Origin: Nitrospirota bacterium
GTDB lineage: Bacteria; Nitrospirota; UBA9217
Length of the DNA stretch: 64,000 bases
Assembly: GCA_963790205.1 (NCBI GenBank)
Contig: CAWBNQ010000001.1
Location: 64,001-128,000, forward strand
Reading direction: 5' to 3'
A model generated the notes under the pieces. The model ran no database searches. It was not told the DNA's origin and was given only the letters and a program-made list of their open reading frames with translations. The position numbers were made by a program, and so were the translations under genes. Below are positions 42,633 through 53,600 of this stretch, in pieces (position 1 is the stretch's first letter; each line of letters begins with the position of its first letter).

Positions 42633-43481
42633 CTACTCCCTTATCACCCCTGCATGACGCTTGCGCCAGGACTCGAATGATTCCTTCTGCTCAGGGACAT
42701 ATTTTTTCTGGCGGTTCATAAGCAGGTCCCAGTCCACCCGGTGGCCGTCGAACTCCGGCCCGTCAATGCAGGCGAACAGGGTCTCGCCGCCCACGGTCAC
42801 GCGGCAGCCTCCGCACATCCCTGTGCCGTCTACCATGATCGGGTTAAGGCTCACGATGGTTTTGACCCCGAAGGGTCTTGTCGTCTCGGACACGCCCTTC
42901 ATCATGATCGCGGGCCCCACGGTCAGGACGAGACCGGCCCCCCCGTTCTGCTCAAGCTCGCCCCGGAGGGCGGAAGTCACCAGGCCTTTCATCCCCCTGC
43001 TTCCGTCGTCGGTCGTTACGATGACGCGATCGCAGAGCTCTTCCATTTCCCGCTCATAGATCAAAAGGTCCCTGGATCGCGCGCCCATGATGCAGACCGT
43101 CTCGCAGCCCGCAGCCTTGAACGCGCGCGCGATCGGATAGAGGGGCGCAACGCCAAAGCCACCGCCTACGAGAACGACCTTGCCCGCCTCTTCCACGTGC
43201 GTGGGGTTCCCGAGGGGACCACAGAGATCGAGCACCTTGTCTCCGGTCTTGAGAAGCGACATCTCGGTCGTGGTCTTGCCCACCGCCATGACGATCAGGC
43301 TGATGGTCCCTTCTCCGGGATCGATGTCGGCAAGCGAGAGGGGAATCCGCTCACCGTTCTCATGGAGCCTGATGATGACGAACTGGCCCGGCGCCGCTTT
43401 TTTAGAGATGAGCGGCGCGGCGAGCTTATAATAAAACACATCGGGCTGCCGGAGCAATTTTTTTTCGAGTATCGTGGCCAT
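42633..43481 (-). CDS. nfnA: NfnA/SudB FAD and 2Fe-2S subunit
   Basis: PGQFVI, GERIPL, GPLG, MVDGTGMCGGCRV...CIDGPEF. Confidence 0.88.
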   Translation of the reverse strand: MATILEKKLLRQPDVFYYKLAAPLISKKAAPGQFVIIRLHENGERIPLSLADIDPGEGTISLIVMAVGKTTTEMSLLKTGDKVLDLCGPLGNPTHVEEAGKVVLVGGGFGVAPLYPIARAFKAAGCETVCIMGARSRDLLIYEREMEELCDRVIVTTDDGSRGMKGLVTSALRGELEQNGGAGLVLTVGPAIMMKGVSETTRPFGVKTIVSLNPIMVDGTGMCGGCRVTVGGETLFACIDGPEFDGHRVDWDLLMNRQKKYVPEQKESFESWRKRHAGVIRE

Positions 43482-43879
43482 TGTTATGAATGAGGGCAGG
43501 AACCCTGCCGAACGCATCCCCAGGATCTGACCGCATAGTGTATCATTTTTAGGAATTCTTCTCCACTATTTTTTATCGGTTGTGCGATATCATTTTTTGC
43601 TCTGCAATAGCAAAATTATCGACCGGAAATGAAGAGTTCGCCGCCCGCAAACATGCGGCGGCAGGGCGGAATCATGAAGGCAGGAGATTTGTGCGGAGCA
43701 ATTAGTTTCAGCAACGAAACAATTCGAGACGCGCTTGACGTGGCATGCAGCGATTTCATCCCATCGCTATGGTTGTCAACCGCTTTGCACTAAATGCATC
43801 AGCGATATGGACAAAAAAGTGGACACCCGGTTAAGTTTCATTCTTGCGCTTCATAATCCTTTCGTTTGATCGGACTACA

Positions 43880-43895
43880 TGTGACTTAAATCACA
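43880..43895. promoter_or_regulatory. CRP-family binding site
   Basis: Perfect TGTGA-N6-TCACA (TGTGACTTAAATCACA). Confidence 0.6.
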
Positions 43896-43952
43896 TAAAA
43901 TATCTACGCTTTATTATATATTATATTAAGAGATTTCTGGGGGGGGGGGTCC

Positions 43953-44339
43953 GTGGTGTTATTCAAGGGTCTTAGAAAATATCTAACAGCGTTTTTTCTC
44001 GTCATGTTCTACGCTTCTGTTTCTCTCGCTACAACGAGTAACCTGAGCTTGTGGTCTGATACTATTGATCAGACGATACATCCAACAATAAAAACATCTG
44101 GCAACAGCGAGTGTTTCACCGGGAATTTCACAAACTTCAGGAACGTGGCCATCGTTCTAGAAGGCAAGGATATGTCTGTCGGCTCGATGAACGAATGCTT
44201 TGAAGAGGCTCCTGCAATTACACTGCAAAAAGATGGTGATAAGACTATATGGAGTCTTGTTCCATCGCTTAGCAGGTTCAGTCTCAATCCGATAGACGAT
44301 ATCAAGAATCTCCAAGTAATGTTGCAGTACAGGTTCTAG
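43953..44339 (+). CDS. AT-rich exported hypothetical protein
   Basis: Signal-peptide-like N-terminus; ends VMLQYRF. Confidence 0.6.
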   Translation: MVLFKGLRKYLTAFFLVMFYASVSLATTSNLSLWSDTIDQTIHPTIKTSGNSECFTGNFTNFRNVAIVLEGKDMSVGSMNECFEEAPAITLQKDGDKTIWSLVPSLSRFSLNPIDDIKNLQVMLQYRF

Positions 44340-44508
44340 TCAGATAAGCATCTCATCAATTTCTCTTTTTCGAATTACGCGCGACCTACAAGACGTTGTT
44401 GGAGACCCATATATAACGTTGATGCATTTAGAGCCCATAAAGTCATCTCGACCTTAACCCTTCCGCCCTCTCAACTGCACGATTTGTCCATTACGTACCT
44501 TTGAAGAA

Positions 44509-44973
44509 CTAGGCACGCTCCCTGTGCTTAATCTTGCCTGGCATTACCCAATTGAAAAGCAGGAATTCAATTACCATCCGAATCTTGTCAAACAACGAAT
44601 ATTTTTTTAAAGGTTCTTCGATTTGCTCATGCGTCTTCTCAAGATAATCCGTCAGAAGCTCTTTAGCTTTTTCATATTCGTCATCTCGTACTTCTACCAT
44701 CTTTGCATTATAGAGACCTATATGGGGACCCACTTCTAAAGATCCGAAATTGTCGTTTCTGACAAAATAACTGATACCTTCCGAATCGAGGATACTTTTT
44801 AGTAAGCTCAATTCAATTTCATTTTGCGGGGAATATAAATTGATGTATTTTACGTATTCTGGGACCGGTGGCGGTGGCGGCTCTGGTGGTAAATCAGGGA
44901 CTAAAGAGATGTTGCAGCCCGCACAAGTGCTAAATCCTTTTCTATATTCAGTTCTGCATTTAGGGCAGTACAT
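44509..44973 (-). CDS. DUF2007 (putative signal-transducing) protein with N-terminal zinc ribbon
   Basis: MYCPKC.TEYR.GF..C..C; KSILDSEGI; AT-rich. Confidence 0.8.
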   Translation of the reverse strand: MYCPKCRTEYRKGFSTCAGCNISLVPDLPPEPPPPPVPEYVKYINLYSPQNEIELSLLKSILDSEGISYFVRNDNFGSLEVGPHIGLYNAKMVEVRDDEYEKAKELLTDYLEKTHEQIEEPLKKYSLFDKIRMVIEFLLFNWVMPGKIKHRERA

Positions 44974-44980
44974 AGTATCC

Positions 44981-45032
44981 TTTTAACGCGCGGCTGACCC
45001 GCGGTTCGTCGGGTCGAGCCATCTGGTTTATT
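44981..45032 (-). mobile_element. Integron attC-like recombination site (solo)
   Basis: Minus strand AATAAAC-CAGATG-GCTCGACC...GGTCAGC-CGCGC-GTTAAAA, one extra C in the left arm; ATG follows 7 nt later. Confidence 0.6.
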
Positions 45033-45193
45033 CATAATTGATGTTCTGTGAAAATTCTTTTGGTTTTATTCTGAAACGCTAATAAAAGTAACCCGCTGTA
45101 CCGAACGCATATCGTGAATTACGGAGGCGCAATTATGATAGGATGGGACGTGAGTGGCGCTCCAGCCGCTGCTGGCACTGCACGGCAGGTCTT

Positions 45194-46141
45194 CTACTTC
45201 TCGCCGGTAAAGGTATGCCGTGCGCCGCGGACGAGCTGGTCCGAAAAGGTCATATTCATCTGCTGTGCGGTCTTGAGGTTCAGGGCATAATACACCTTGC
45301 GCGGCGAGGCCGCCGGGATCGTGCTCGGCGGCGCGCCCTTCAACACCTTCACCGCCATGTCCCCCGCCTGCGCCCCCATATCGGCATAGTCCCATTCGAG
45401 GGCGTAGAGCGCGCCGGCCTTGACCCAGGCGGGAGAGATGCCGACGAGCGGGATGTTGTTCCGGATCGAAAAGAGGAGTACGTTCTTCGCGGTCTGGGGC
45501 GTCATGGCGACGGTGTCGGCCAGGCCCCAGAGAATGTCTATCTTCTTCGCCATACCTTCGAGCGCGGCGGGCACGTCCTGCGCGGAGCGGACCTCCTGGG
45601 CCACGAGCTTCAGCCCCATGTTCTGCATAATGCGGCCGGCGGCTTCGATCCGTTTTTGGTTTTCCTCGGGGTTGTAAATGACCCCCACGTTCTTTGCCGT
45701 CGGGACGAGGACCTGAAGCCAGCTGGTCTGTACCTCGAGCGGGAATTCCAGCCCCACGCCGGTCACGTTCGGCGATTTTTTCAGGCCGTCGGACCTCAGC
45801 ACCATGCAGGCGATAATGGGAATATCGGGGATCTCTTTGACCGCGGCGTCGGTCGCGAGCGACCCGAGCGTCAGGACCAGTTTTACGCCGTCTTTCTTCA
45901 CTGCCTGCACTGCCTGGCCAGCCTTGGCAACGCTGCCGTCGAGCCGGTGGACCTCGTAGTCCGCCTGTACCGCCGCCTTTTCCAGATAGCCCTGAAATCC
46001 CTTAAGCGCTTCCTCAAAGGGCGCGTCCTTCGAGCTTACGAGCACGGCTATTTTCTCGGCTGCGGGTGCGCTTGTTGCCAGCGAGGAAAAGAGGAGGAAC
46101 GCGGCAGCTGCCGAGGTGGAAATAATCCTTCGTATTTTCAT
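45194..46141 (-). CDS. ABC-type substrate-binding protein (orphan)
   Basis: Signal peptide; TLGS.A, GVIYNP, VKAGAL, LNLKTA. Confidence 0.85.
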   Translation of the reverse strand: MKIRRIISTSAAAAFLLFSSLATSAPAAEKIAVLVSSKDAPFEEALKGFQGYLEKAAVQADYEVHRLDGSVAKAGQAVQAVKKDGVKLVLTLGSLATDAAVKEIPDIPIIACMVLRSDGLKKSPNVTGVGLEFPLEVQTSWLQVLVPTAKNVGVIYNPEENQKRIEAAGRIMQNMGLKLVAQEVRSAQDVPAALEGMAKKIDILWGLADTVAMTPQTAKNVLLFSIRNNIPLVGISPAWVKAGALYALEWDYADMGAQAGDMAVKVLKGAPPSTIPAASPRKVYYALNLKTAQQMNMTFSDQLVRGARHTFTGEK

Positions 46142-46157
46142 GCCACCTTCCGAATAG

Positions 46158-48185
46158 TTAGAATGCGTACGTCAGTTTCAGCCGGTACGTGCGGCCGTCC
46201 TGCTGGACCGTATCGAGCGGATTGAGGTCCGCGAAGGATACCGGGTCGCTGTATTTCTTGTTCATGAGATTGTAGATGCTTGCTGATACCTCGAGACGGT
46301 TGAGCAGGTTTCGCGTATAGAGTGTAAAATTGCTGACGTAAGTGCCTGGCGCGTAGTTTCCCCCCTCAGTCCTTCTCCTGCTCGTGTACTGTTCTTCGAG
46401 ACCCGCGAAGATCTTGTCTTTCACCAGCGGCATGGAAAAATTCAGTTTCGCGAGCTGCGAGGGAGAATTCGAAAGCGGTTCCCCGGTCAGACTGCTTTCT
46501 GCCCGCTGGATCGTGTAGCTGGCCCTGCCTTCGCTGCCGTTGGACCATTTGTTGTCAAGCTCCAGTTCGGCCCCTTTTGCCCTGATTTCATCGGTATTGT
46601 CGTACATCACCTCCCCCGCACCCGTGAGCGTCTGGTCGATCAGGTTTTTGATCCGGTAATAATAGCCCGAAACGCTTGTGCGGAAGCCTTCGCCGAAATA
46701 ATGCTCGTACACCAGTTCATAGGTCTTGATCTTCTCGGGCTTGAGCTCCGGATTGGGCACATTCAACCCCGGGATGGAATAAAAAAGCTCGTAGTCATTC
46801 GGGATGCGGAAGGCACTCCCGTAAAGGAGCTTGATCGCACTCTTTTCCGTGGGGCTGTATATAAATGCCAGCCTGGGGTTGGTCGTCCCGCCGAACTCGG
46901 AATAATGGTCGTACCGCACGCCCGCATTCAATACCATTTTTTTCGACAGGGTGATCTCATCCTGCACATAGGAGGCCCAGTCCCTGGACCGCCGCTGGTC
47001 TTCGAGGTAAAGCGCATAGGGATCGAGGTCGTAATTTCTCTGGTCCTGCCGGCTATTGCCCGTATACTCCGCTCCGACAATAATACGATGGACGTCAAAA
47101 AGGCGCGTAGAAAGTTTGACTTCGCCTCCCGACCAGTCCCCGTAGCCGAAGTCTTTGTTCAGCGTCCCACCGGTCGTATAATAATTGTAGTCGCCGTAAT
47201 ACCAATAATAATCGGTAAAAGCCCTTACCTCAATGTCCGTTTGTGTGCCGAGGCTGTGCTCGTATTTCAGGTCAGCAAACCAATGTCCGTCCGTTGTCTT
47301 GTTGTCCGCGCTGTTGAAGTCCGTGCCGAAGGACCCCGTGGGAATGCCTTTCGTCCGATCTATATAAGCGCCTTCAAAGGTGAAATCCTTGTATGACGCT
47401 TTCGTAAAGAAGCTCTTGGCCCGGTCGTAGTCCGTATGCGTATTGCCGTCGTTCGCGGCGCGGGGATCTGCATTCGGGTTGGCGGGATCGAACTCATTGA
47501 AGTGAAGCTGCTGTCCGTTGCTCTTGTAGCCCGTGCCCGAAATGATCGCTTCAAGGCCGTTTCCGTATTTGTCCCCGTAACTGAGCCGTTCCTGGTCGGT
47601 CGCGTAGCTCGAGACAGCGCCCGACACCTCGGCGCCTTTCAGGTCTTTGCCGCTTTTGGTAATAACGTTTATGACGGCGAAGAACGCGTTGCTCCCGTAC
47701 AGGGACGAGCCCGGCCCGCGGATCACCTCGACACGGTCGATGAGATCCACGTCGATGATTCCCTCAGTGCCGACAAGGGCCTGGTCGTAGATATTGTCGT
47801 TTATGCGGTGCCCGTCGATGAGGAGCAGGATGCGGCTGTTGTAGTCGCCGGGACGGCCGAACCCGCGCACGCCCACGTAGCTGTAATTGCGGTCATAGGT
47901 GATATAGAAGCCCCGGACGCTCTTGAGGACATCCGCGAGGGTGCGGTAGCCGTACTTCTTGATGTCCGTTGAGGTGATGATGCTCACGGAGGACGGGGCC
48001 TCGGTCACCTTCTGCTCGTATTTCGATGCGCCGTACACCGAGGGAATTTCCTCGAAGAGCATAGACTCTTCCCCGTACCCTGGTGCGGCAACGGCCAGGT
48101 CTCCCTCGGCATGAGCGGAGAGGGGCTGGACGAGCATGAGAACAGCGGCGAAAACCTGGAGAACTCCGTATGGTGCGTTTCGCAT
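46158..48185 (-). CDS. TonB-dependent receptor
   Basis: Plug EAPSSVSII...LLLIDG...IDRVEVIRGPGSSLYG; C-terminal GRTYRLKLTYAF; start MRNAPYG. Confidence 0.92.
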   Translation of the reverse strand: MRNAPYGVLQVFAAVLMLVQPLSAHAEGDLAVAAPGYGEESMLFEEIPSVYGASKYEQKVTEAPSSVSIITSTDIKKYGYRTLADVLKSVRGFYITYDRNYSYVGVRGFGRPGDYNSRILLLIDGHRINDNIYDQALVGTEGIIDVDLIDRVEVIRGPGSSLYGSNAFFAVINVITKSGKDLKGAEVSGAVSSYATDQERLSYGDKYGNGLEAIISGTGYKSNGQQLHFNEFDPANPNADPRAANDGNTHTDYDRAKSFFTKASYKDFTFEGAYIDRTKGIPTGSFGTDFNSADNKTTDGHWFADLKYEHSLGTQTDIEVRAFTDYYWYYGDYNYYTTGGTLNKDFGYGDWSGGEVKLSTRLFDVHRIIVGAEYTGNSRQDQRNYDLDPYALYLEDQRRSRDWASYVQDEITLSKKMVLNAGVRYDHYSEFGGTTNPRLAFIYSPTEKSAIKLLYGSAFRIPNDYELFYSIPGLNVPNPELKPEKIKTYELVYEHYFGEGFRTSVSGYYYRIKNLIDQTLTGAGEVMYDNTDEIRAKGAELELDNKWSNGSEGRASYTIQRAESSLTGEPLSNSPSQLAKLNFSMPLVKDKIFAGLEEQYTSRRRTEGGNYAPGTYVSNFTLYTRNLLNRLEVSASIYNLMNKKYSDPVSFADLNPLDTVQQDGRTYRLKLTYAF

Positions 48186-48392
48186 GCGTGCTTCCTCCTG
48201 TCGTGATGGCAAAAGGTGATTTTTCGGGAAAAACGAGGCGAAAGAACCTTGCCCCTCGGGGACTTCCGCGCTACGCTTCCTCATGATAATGGGGCCTAGT
48301 GTATCAGAAAATGCCCGCGCTTGTACAGAAAAATTATAAAGCGCTTTACTCCCCGCGGCCGGGGTGGTACAATGGCGTTTTACCGAATTGTT

Positions 48393-51197
48393 ATGGACAA
48401 GATCGTCATAAAAGGCTGCCGCCAGCACAACCTCAAGAACATCGACCTCGAGATCCCGCGGGACAGGCTCGTGGTCATCACGGGCCTGTCCGGCTCGGGA
48501 AAATCTTCCCTCGCCTTCGATACTATCTACGCCGAAGGACAGCGCCGCTACGTCGAGAGCCTCTCGGCCTATGCCCGCCAGTTCCTGGGCCAGATGGACA
48601 AGCCCGACGTCGATTCCATCGACGGCCTCTCGCCCGCCATCGCCATCGAGCAGAAGACCACGAGCAAGAACCCCCGTTCGACCGTGGGCACCGTGACCGA
48701 GGTCTACGACTACCTGCGCCTGCTCTTTGCGCGCATCGGCAGGCCCTACTGTTACAAGTGCGGCAGGGAGATCGCGGCCCAGACCGTGCAGCAGATAACC
48801 GACGCGGTCATGGCCCTGCCCAAAGACACGCGCATCCAGGTCCTCGCCCCCATCGTCCGCGGCAGGAAGGGTGAATACCGGAAAGAGCTCATGGCCGCGG
48901 CCGCGGCAGGATACGTGCGGGCGCGGATCGACGGCGCGATCAAGGAGCTTTCCGAAGCCATTTCGATGGACAAGAAAAAGAAGCACGACATCGAGATCGT
49001 GATCGACCGGCTCGTGGTAAAATCCGGCACGGAGCGGAGGCTCGCCGAGTCGATCGAGACCGCGCTCCGGCAGGCCGACGGCCTCGTACTGGTGAACCTC
49101 GTGGACAAGAAGCAGGACCTCCTCTACAGCGAAAAGCTCGCCTGCATCGTGGACGGCATCAGCTATCCCGAACTCGCTCCCAACAGTTTTTCCTTCAACA
49201 GCCCCCAGGGCGCCTGCCCCACCTGCGACGGCCTCGGCGGGCTTTTGGAATTCGATCCCGAACTCATCGTGCCGAACCCCAACCTCTCGCTCCGCGAAGG
49301 CGCGGTCAAACCGTGGGCGAAACGCACCTCCTACCAGTATTTCCAGATGCTCGATTCGCTCGCGCTGGGCTGCGGCTTCAACGTGAATACGCCGTTCAAG
49401 GAACTGAAGCCCGTCCAGCAGAAAATGCTTTTGTTCGGCATTGGCGAGAACGGGCCGAAGTCGTCACCGGCCCGCGGCGGCAAGGGCGCTTCGTGCAAGC
49501 CCTTCGAAGGCATTCTCTCCGTCCTGAAACAGCGTTATGACGAGACCGACTCCTTCGCGACCCAGTGGGAGCTCGAACAGTACATGAGCTACCAGACCTG
49601 CCCGGACTGCGGCGGGAGCCGTTTGCGCAAAGAATCGCTGGCCGTCAAGGTGGCGGGGCTGAACATTCATGAAGTGACGCGCATGAGCATCAAGCAGTCC
49701 CTCGCCTTTTTCAACGAGCTCAGGCTCACGGAAAAGGAAACCGCCATTGCCCAGCGGATCTTAAAAGAGATCCGGGAGCGCCTCGGGTTCATGGTGCAGG
49801 TGGGTCTCGACTACCTCAGCCTCGACCGCGGGTCCGCCACGCTCTCCGGAGGCGAGGGCCAGCGCATCCGGCTCGCCACCCAGATCGGCTCATCCCTCGT
49901 GGGCGTGCTCTATATTCTGGACGAACCCAGCATCGGGCTGCACCAGCGCGACAACCGGAGGCTGCTCGATACCCTGTTCCGGCTCCGCGACCTCGGCAAT
50001 ACCGTGCTTGTCGTGGAACACGATGAAGAGACGATCCGCTCTGCGGACCAGGTGATCGACATGGGGCCCGGCGCCGGCGTGCACGGCGGCGAAATCGTGG
50101 CCCAGGGTACGCCGGAAGAGATCACAAAAGTTGAAACGTCGCTTACCGGCCAGTACCTCTCGGGCAAAGCCTTTATTCAAGTGCCGCAAAGCCGCAGGTC
50201 CTTCCAAAAGTCCATCAGCGTCGTGAGCGCGTCCGAAAACAATTTAAAGAGCATCACCGTGCAGTTCCCCCTCGGGGTGCTCACCTGCGTGACCGGCGTC
50301 TCGGGCTCGGGCAAGAGCACCCTCGTCGTGGACATCCTGTACCGCGCGCTCGCCCAGCGGCTCTACCGCTCCACGGAGCGCGCGGGCAAGCACAGGGACA
50401 TCAAGGGCCTGGAGCACATCGACAAGGTGATCGACATCGACCAGTCTCCCATCGGCAGGACGCCGCGCTCGAACCCCGCCACCTATACGGGCGTGTTCGG
50501 CCCCGTGCGCGATCTTTTCGCCCAGCTTCCCGAGTCGCGCATGCGCGGGTACAAGCCCGGCCGCTACAGCTTCAACGTCAAGGGCGGCCGGTGCGAGGCC
50601 TGCGAAGGAGACGGGCTCATCAAGATCGAGATGCACTTCCTCCCCGACGTGTACGTGACCTGCGACGTCTGCCACGGCAGCCGCTATAACCGCGAGACCC
50701 TCGACATCCGGTATAAAGGCAAGAACATCGCCGACGTGCTCGCCATGACCGTGGAACAGGCGCTCGACTTTTTCCAGGCCATTCCGCCGGTCAAGTCCAA
50801 GCTGCAGACGCTCATGGAGGTGGGCCTGGGCTACATCACCCTGGGCCAGTCGGCAACCACGCTTTCGGGCGGAGAGTCCCAGCGCGTGAAGCTTTCGAAG
50901 GAGCTGTCGCGCCGCGCAACGGGCCGCACCCTTTACATCCTTGATGAGCCTACCACGGGCCTCCATTTCGCGGACACACAAAAGCTCCTGGACATGCTGA
51001 ACCAGCTCGTGGATGCCGGCAATACCGTGGTCGTGATCGAGCACAACCTCGACGTGATCAAGACCGCGGACTGGATCATCGACCTCGGACCCGAAGGAGG
51101 CGACCGCGGCGGCGAGATCGTGGTACAGGGAACGCCCGAGGTCATAGCGCAGGCGAAGAAATCCTACACGGGACAGTTTTTAAAGAAAATACTTTAA
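48393..51197 (+). CDS. uvrA: Excinuclease ABC subunit A
   Basis: [29 protein letters not shown], two ABC domains. Confidence 0.98.
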   Translation: MDKIVIKGCRQHNLKNIDLEIPRDRLVVITGLSGSGKSSLAFDTIYAEGQRRYVESLSAYARQFLGQMDKPDVDSIDGLSPAIAIEQKTTSKNPRSTVGTVTEVYDYLRLLFARIGRPYCYKCGREIAAQTVQQITDAVMALPKDTRIQVLAPIVRGRKGEYRKELMAAAAAGYVRARIDGAIKELSEAISMDKKKKHDIEIVIDRLVVKSGTERRLAESIETALRQADGLVLVNLVDKKQDLLYSEKLACIVDGISYPELAPNSFSFNSPQGACPTCDGLGGLLEFDPELIVPNPNLSLREGAVKPWAKRTSYQYFQMLDSLALGCGFNVNTPFKELKPVQQKMLLFGIGENGPKSSPARGGKGASCKPFEGILSVLKQRYDETDSFATQWELEQYMSYQTCPDCGGSRLRKESLAVKVAGLNIHEVTRMSIKQSLAFFNELRLTEKETAIAQRILKEIRERLGFMVQVGLDYLSLDRGSATLSGGEGQRIRLATQIGSSLVGVLYILDEPSIGLHQRDNRRLLDTLFRLRDLGNTVLVVEHDEETIRSADQVIDMGPGAGVHGGEIVAQGTPEEITKVETSLTGQYLSGKAFIQVPQSRRSFQKSISVVSASENNLKSITVQFPLGVLTCVTGVSGSGKSTLVVDILYRALAQRLYRSTERAGKHRDIKGLEHIDKVIDIDQSPIGRTPRSNPATYTGVFGPVRDLFAQLPESRMRGYKPGRYSFNVKGGRCEACEGDGLIKIEMHFLPDVYVTCDVCHGSRYNRETLDIRYKGKNIADVLAMTVEQALDFFQAIPPVKSKLQTLMEVGLGYITLGQSATTLSGGESQRVKLSKELSRRATGRTLYILDEPTTGLHFADTQKLLDMLNQLVDAGNTVVVIEHNLDVIKTADWIIDLGPEGGDRGGEIVVQGTPEVIAQAKKSYTGQFLKKIL

Positions 51198-51199
51198 GA

Positions 51200-51322
51200 G
51201 ATGCATGACACGGGATACCTGATCCATGAAAATTCCTCTTGTGCCATCGACTCGTATCTTGTATCCTTCTATCGTGCATCGTGGATCCTGCATCGGCAAT
51301 CCTGCATCATGCATCTTGTATC
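51200..51322. repeat. TGCATC-rich heptamer spacer downstream of uvrA
   Basis: gatgcatgacacgggatac ... tgcatcgtggatcctgcatcggcaatcctgcatcatgcatcttgtatc. Confidence 0.75.
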
Positions 51323-51343
51323 AATTTCACCCCGGGAGGTCTT

Positions 51344-51814
51344 ATGAACCGTATCGCGTCCCTTCTCGCCATAACGCTGCTCTTGTTCACAACCGCCGCC
51401 TGCAGCGAGAAAAAACTGCCGACGCAGGTAGCCGTCAAAAGCGGCGGCGTCATCAATACCCTGCGCGACCTCAGCCACATGTTCGAAAAGAAGAACTTGC
51501 CGGGATTCATGAACTCCGTCTCGGACAGCTATAAGGACCGGCAGGCCTTTTCAGCTGCGCTCGAACCCGTCTTTGCGAAATACGAAAGCGTTCGGTTCAC
51601 GGTCCAGTACACGAAGATGCTCATCATGATCGATGAAAAGGGGGTGGCCAAGGCCGCGTTCAACTGGGACAGCGAGTGGCAGACCTCGGGCGGGAGCGTC
51701 CAGAAGAACGGCGGCAGGGTCACCTTCGTCTTCGACCCGAAGGACAGCAAGCTCGTCTCCATCGACGGCAAGAATCCCTTCATTCCGCAGGCGGTGGAGA
51801 CGCCGGGGAAATAA
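51344..51814 (+). CDS. Hypothetical lipoprotein (possibly NTF2-like)
   Basis: Lipobox-like TAAC; GGAGG RBS. Confidence 0.7.
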   Translation: MNRIASLLAITLLLFTTAACSEKKLPTQVAVKSGGVINTLRDLSHMFEKKNLPGFMNSVSDSYKDRQAFSAALEPVFAKYESVRFTVQYTKMLIMIDEKGVAKAAFNWDSEWQTSGGSVQKNGGRVTFVFDPKDSKLVSIDGKNPFIPQAVETPGK

Positions 51815-51816
51815 CA

Positions 51817-51890
51817 ATTTCGGATCGCGAATTTAAAAGCCCGCTGTTTTCTTTTTACATTTCGCAATCCACAATCCGGAATCTGCAATT
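51817..51890. repeat. CAATCCG-type heptamer spacer upstream of nadB
   Basis: aatttcggatcgcgaattt / atttcgcaatccacaatccggaatctgcaatt. Confidence 0.7.
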
Positions 51891-51894
51891 CACC

Positions 51895-53472
51895 ATGGAC
51901 TACACTCAGGAACACATAAGGACCGACTTCCTCATCATCGGCGGGGGCGTGGCAGGGCTGCGCGCGGCCGTTGAACTCGCGCGGAACGGCGAGGTCCTCG
52001 TCGTGACCAAGGATGCGCCCTCGGAAAGCAGCAGCGAATACGCCCAGGGAGGCGTGGCAGTGGTCCTCTCCGACGAGGACGAGATCTCGATCCATTTCGA
52101 CGACACGATCAAGGCCGGCGACGGGCTCTGTTTGCGCAAGGCCGTGGGCACCCTGGTCGAGGAGGGGCCCACGCGAATACGGGAGCTCATCCTCTGGGGC
52201 GCGGAATTCGACAAGGAAGGCACGAAGCTCGCCTTCACGCAGGAGGCGGCCCACTCCAAGCGGAGGATCCTCCATGCCCAGGGCGACTCCACGGGCAAGG
52301 AGATCATGCGCGTGCTCATTGACAAGGTCCGCTCCGCGGGCACGGTATCGAAGATCGACTTCGCCTTCACCAGGGACCTCATCATGGAAAACGGGCGATG
52401 CGTCGGGGCCGTGGTCTGCCAGCAGAAACTCCGAAAGGTCCTCATCATCTCTGCGCGGGCCGTGCTCCTCGCCACCGGCGGCGCGGGCCAGCTTTTCGAG
52501 CGCACGACCAATCCCGCCGTTGCAACGGGCGACGGCATGGCCATGGCCTTTCGGGCCGGCGCAACGCTCGTGGACATGGAGTTCATTCAATTTCACCCCA
52601 CCGCCCTCTATCGCGAGGACGCGCCGCAGTTCCTGCTTTCCGAGGCCATGCGCGGCGAAGGCGGCATGCTCAAGAACATCCATAATGAGCGTTTCATGGA
52701 CCATTACCATCCCGCGCGCGAGCTCGCCCCGCGCGACGTGGTCACCCGGGCCATCCATTCCGAGATGGCGGCCACGAACGCGCAAAACGTGTTTCTCGAC
52801 ATGACGCACCTGAACGCGGATTATGTGACCCGGCGCTTCCCCCGCATTTTCCGGACCTGCAAAGACCTCGGCATCGATATCACGCGGGAGCCGATCCCGG
52901 TCTCTCCCGCGGCCCACTATATCATGGGCGGGGTGAAGACGGACCTCTGGGGCGCCACGAACATCCCCGGTCTCTTCGCTGCCGGCGAAACGGCCTGCAC
53001 CGGCGTGCACGGCGCGAACCGCCTCGCGAGCAATTCATTGCTGGAAGGCCTCGTCTACGGAGAGCGCGCGGGCCTTGCCGCGGCCCGGTATGCGCGCAAA
53101 CACTTTACCAGGAACACGACCCTGCCGCGCGTCGTATCTCAGGGAAAGAAGAGGGGCCGAGCTTCTTCGAGCGCGTTGTCGGATTTAGCGGAGGTTCGCG
53201 ATTCGCTCAAAAAGCTCATGTGGGAGAAGGTGGGGATCGTGCGGAACAGGAAGGATTTAACTGTTGCGCTCAAACAGCTCAGGGAATGGGACCGGATGAT
53301 GAAAGGCCATGAGCCCGACCGGGGCCTCTTCGAGCTTGAGAACATGATAACGTCCTCCATGCTCATCACCCGCTCGGCGCTTGCACGCGAGGGCAGTGTG
53401 GGCGCGCACTTCAGGTGCGATTTTCCTTCCCGGGGGAAGAACTGGAGAAGGAGGACAATACTGATGAAGTAG
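51895..53472 (+). CDS. nadB: L-aspartate oxidase
   Basis: AQGGVA, EAAHS.RRILH, QFHPT, LAPRDVV, GVHGANRLASNSLLEG. Confidence 0.95.
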   Translation: MDYTQEHIRTDFLIIGGGVAGLRAAVELARNGEVLVVTKDAPSESSSEYAQGGVAVVLSDEDEISIHFDDTIKAGDGLCLRKAVGTLVEEGPTRIRELILWGAEFDKEGTKLAFTQEAAHSKRRILHAQGDSTGKEIMRVLIDKVRSAGTVSKIDFAFTRDLIMENGRCVGAVVCQQKLRKVLIISARAVLLATGGAGQLFERTTNPAVATGDGMAMAFRAGATLVDMEFIQFHPTALYREDAPQFLLSEAMRGEGGMLKNIHNERFMDHYHPARELAPRDVVTRAIHSEMAATNAQNVFLDMTHLNADYVTRRFPRIFRTCKDLGIDITREPIPVSPAAHYIMGGVKTDLWGATNIPGLFAAGETACTGVHGANRLASNSLLEGLVYGERAGLAAARYARKHFTRNTTLPRVVSQGKKRGRASSSALSDLAEVRDSLKKLMWEKVGIVRNRKDLTVALKQLREWDRMMKGHEPDRGLFELENMITSSMLITRSALAREGSVGAHFRCDFPSRGKNWRRRTILMK

Positions 53473-53600
53473 ACGGCTACGGCATGAAAATGGGTTCTCT
53501 TAGTGTTGCAAACGACCTCCTCATCTGCTTCAAGCAACGCTTTCTCAATGCGGGACGCATTAGCTTCCGGGTCCCGAACAACGTTCCTGTTGACGCGGCC

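Noticed and set aside
48186..48986. N-terminal extension of the 942-aa TonB receptor ORF
   Set aside because: Mostly antisense shadow of uvrA; the signal peptide and RBS point to a start at 48185.
51200..51322. CRISPR-like array in the repeat spacers
   Set aside because: Units are about 7 nt, degenerate, without unique spacers; no cas genes.
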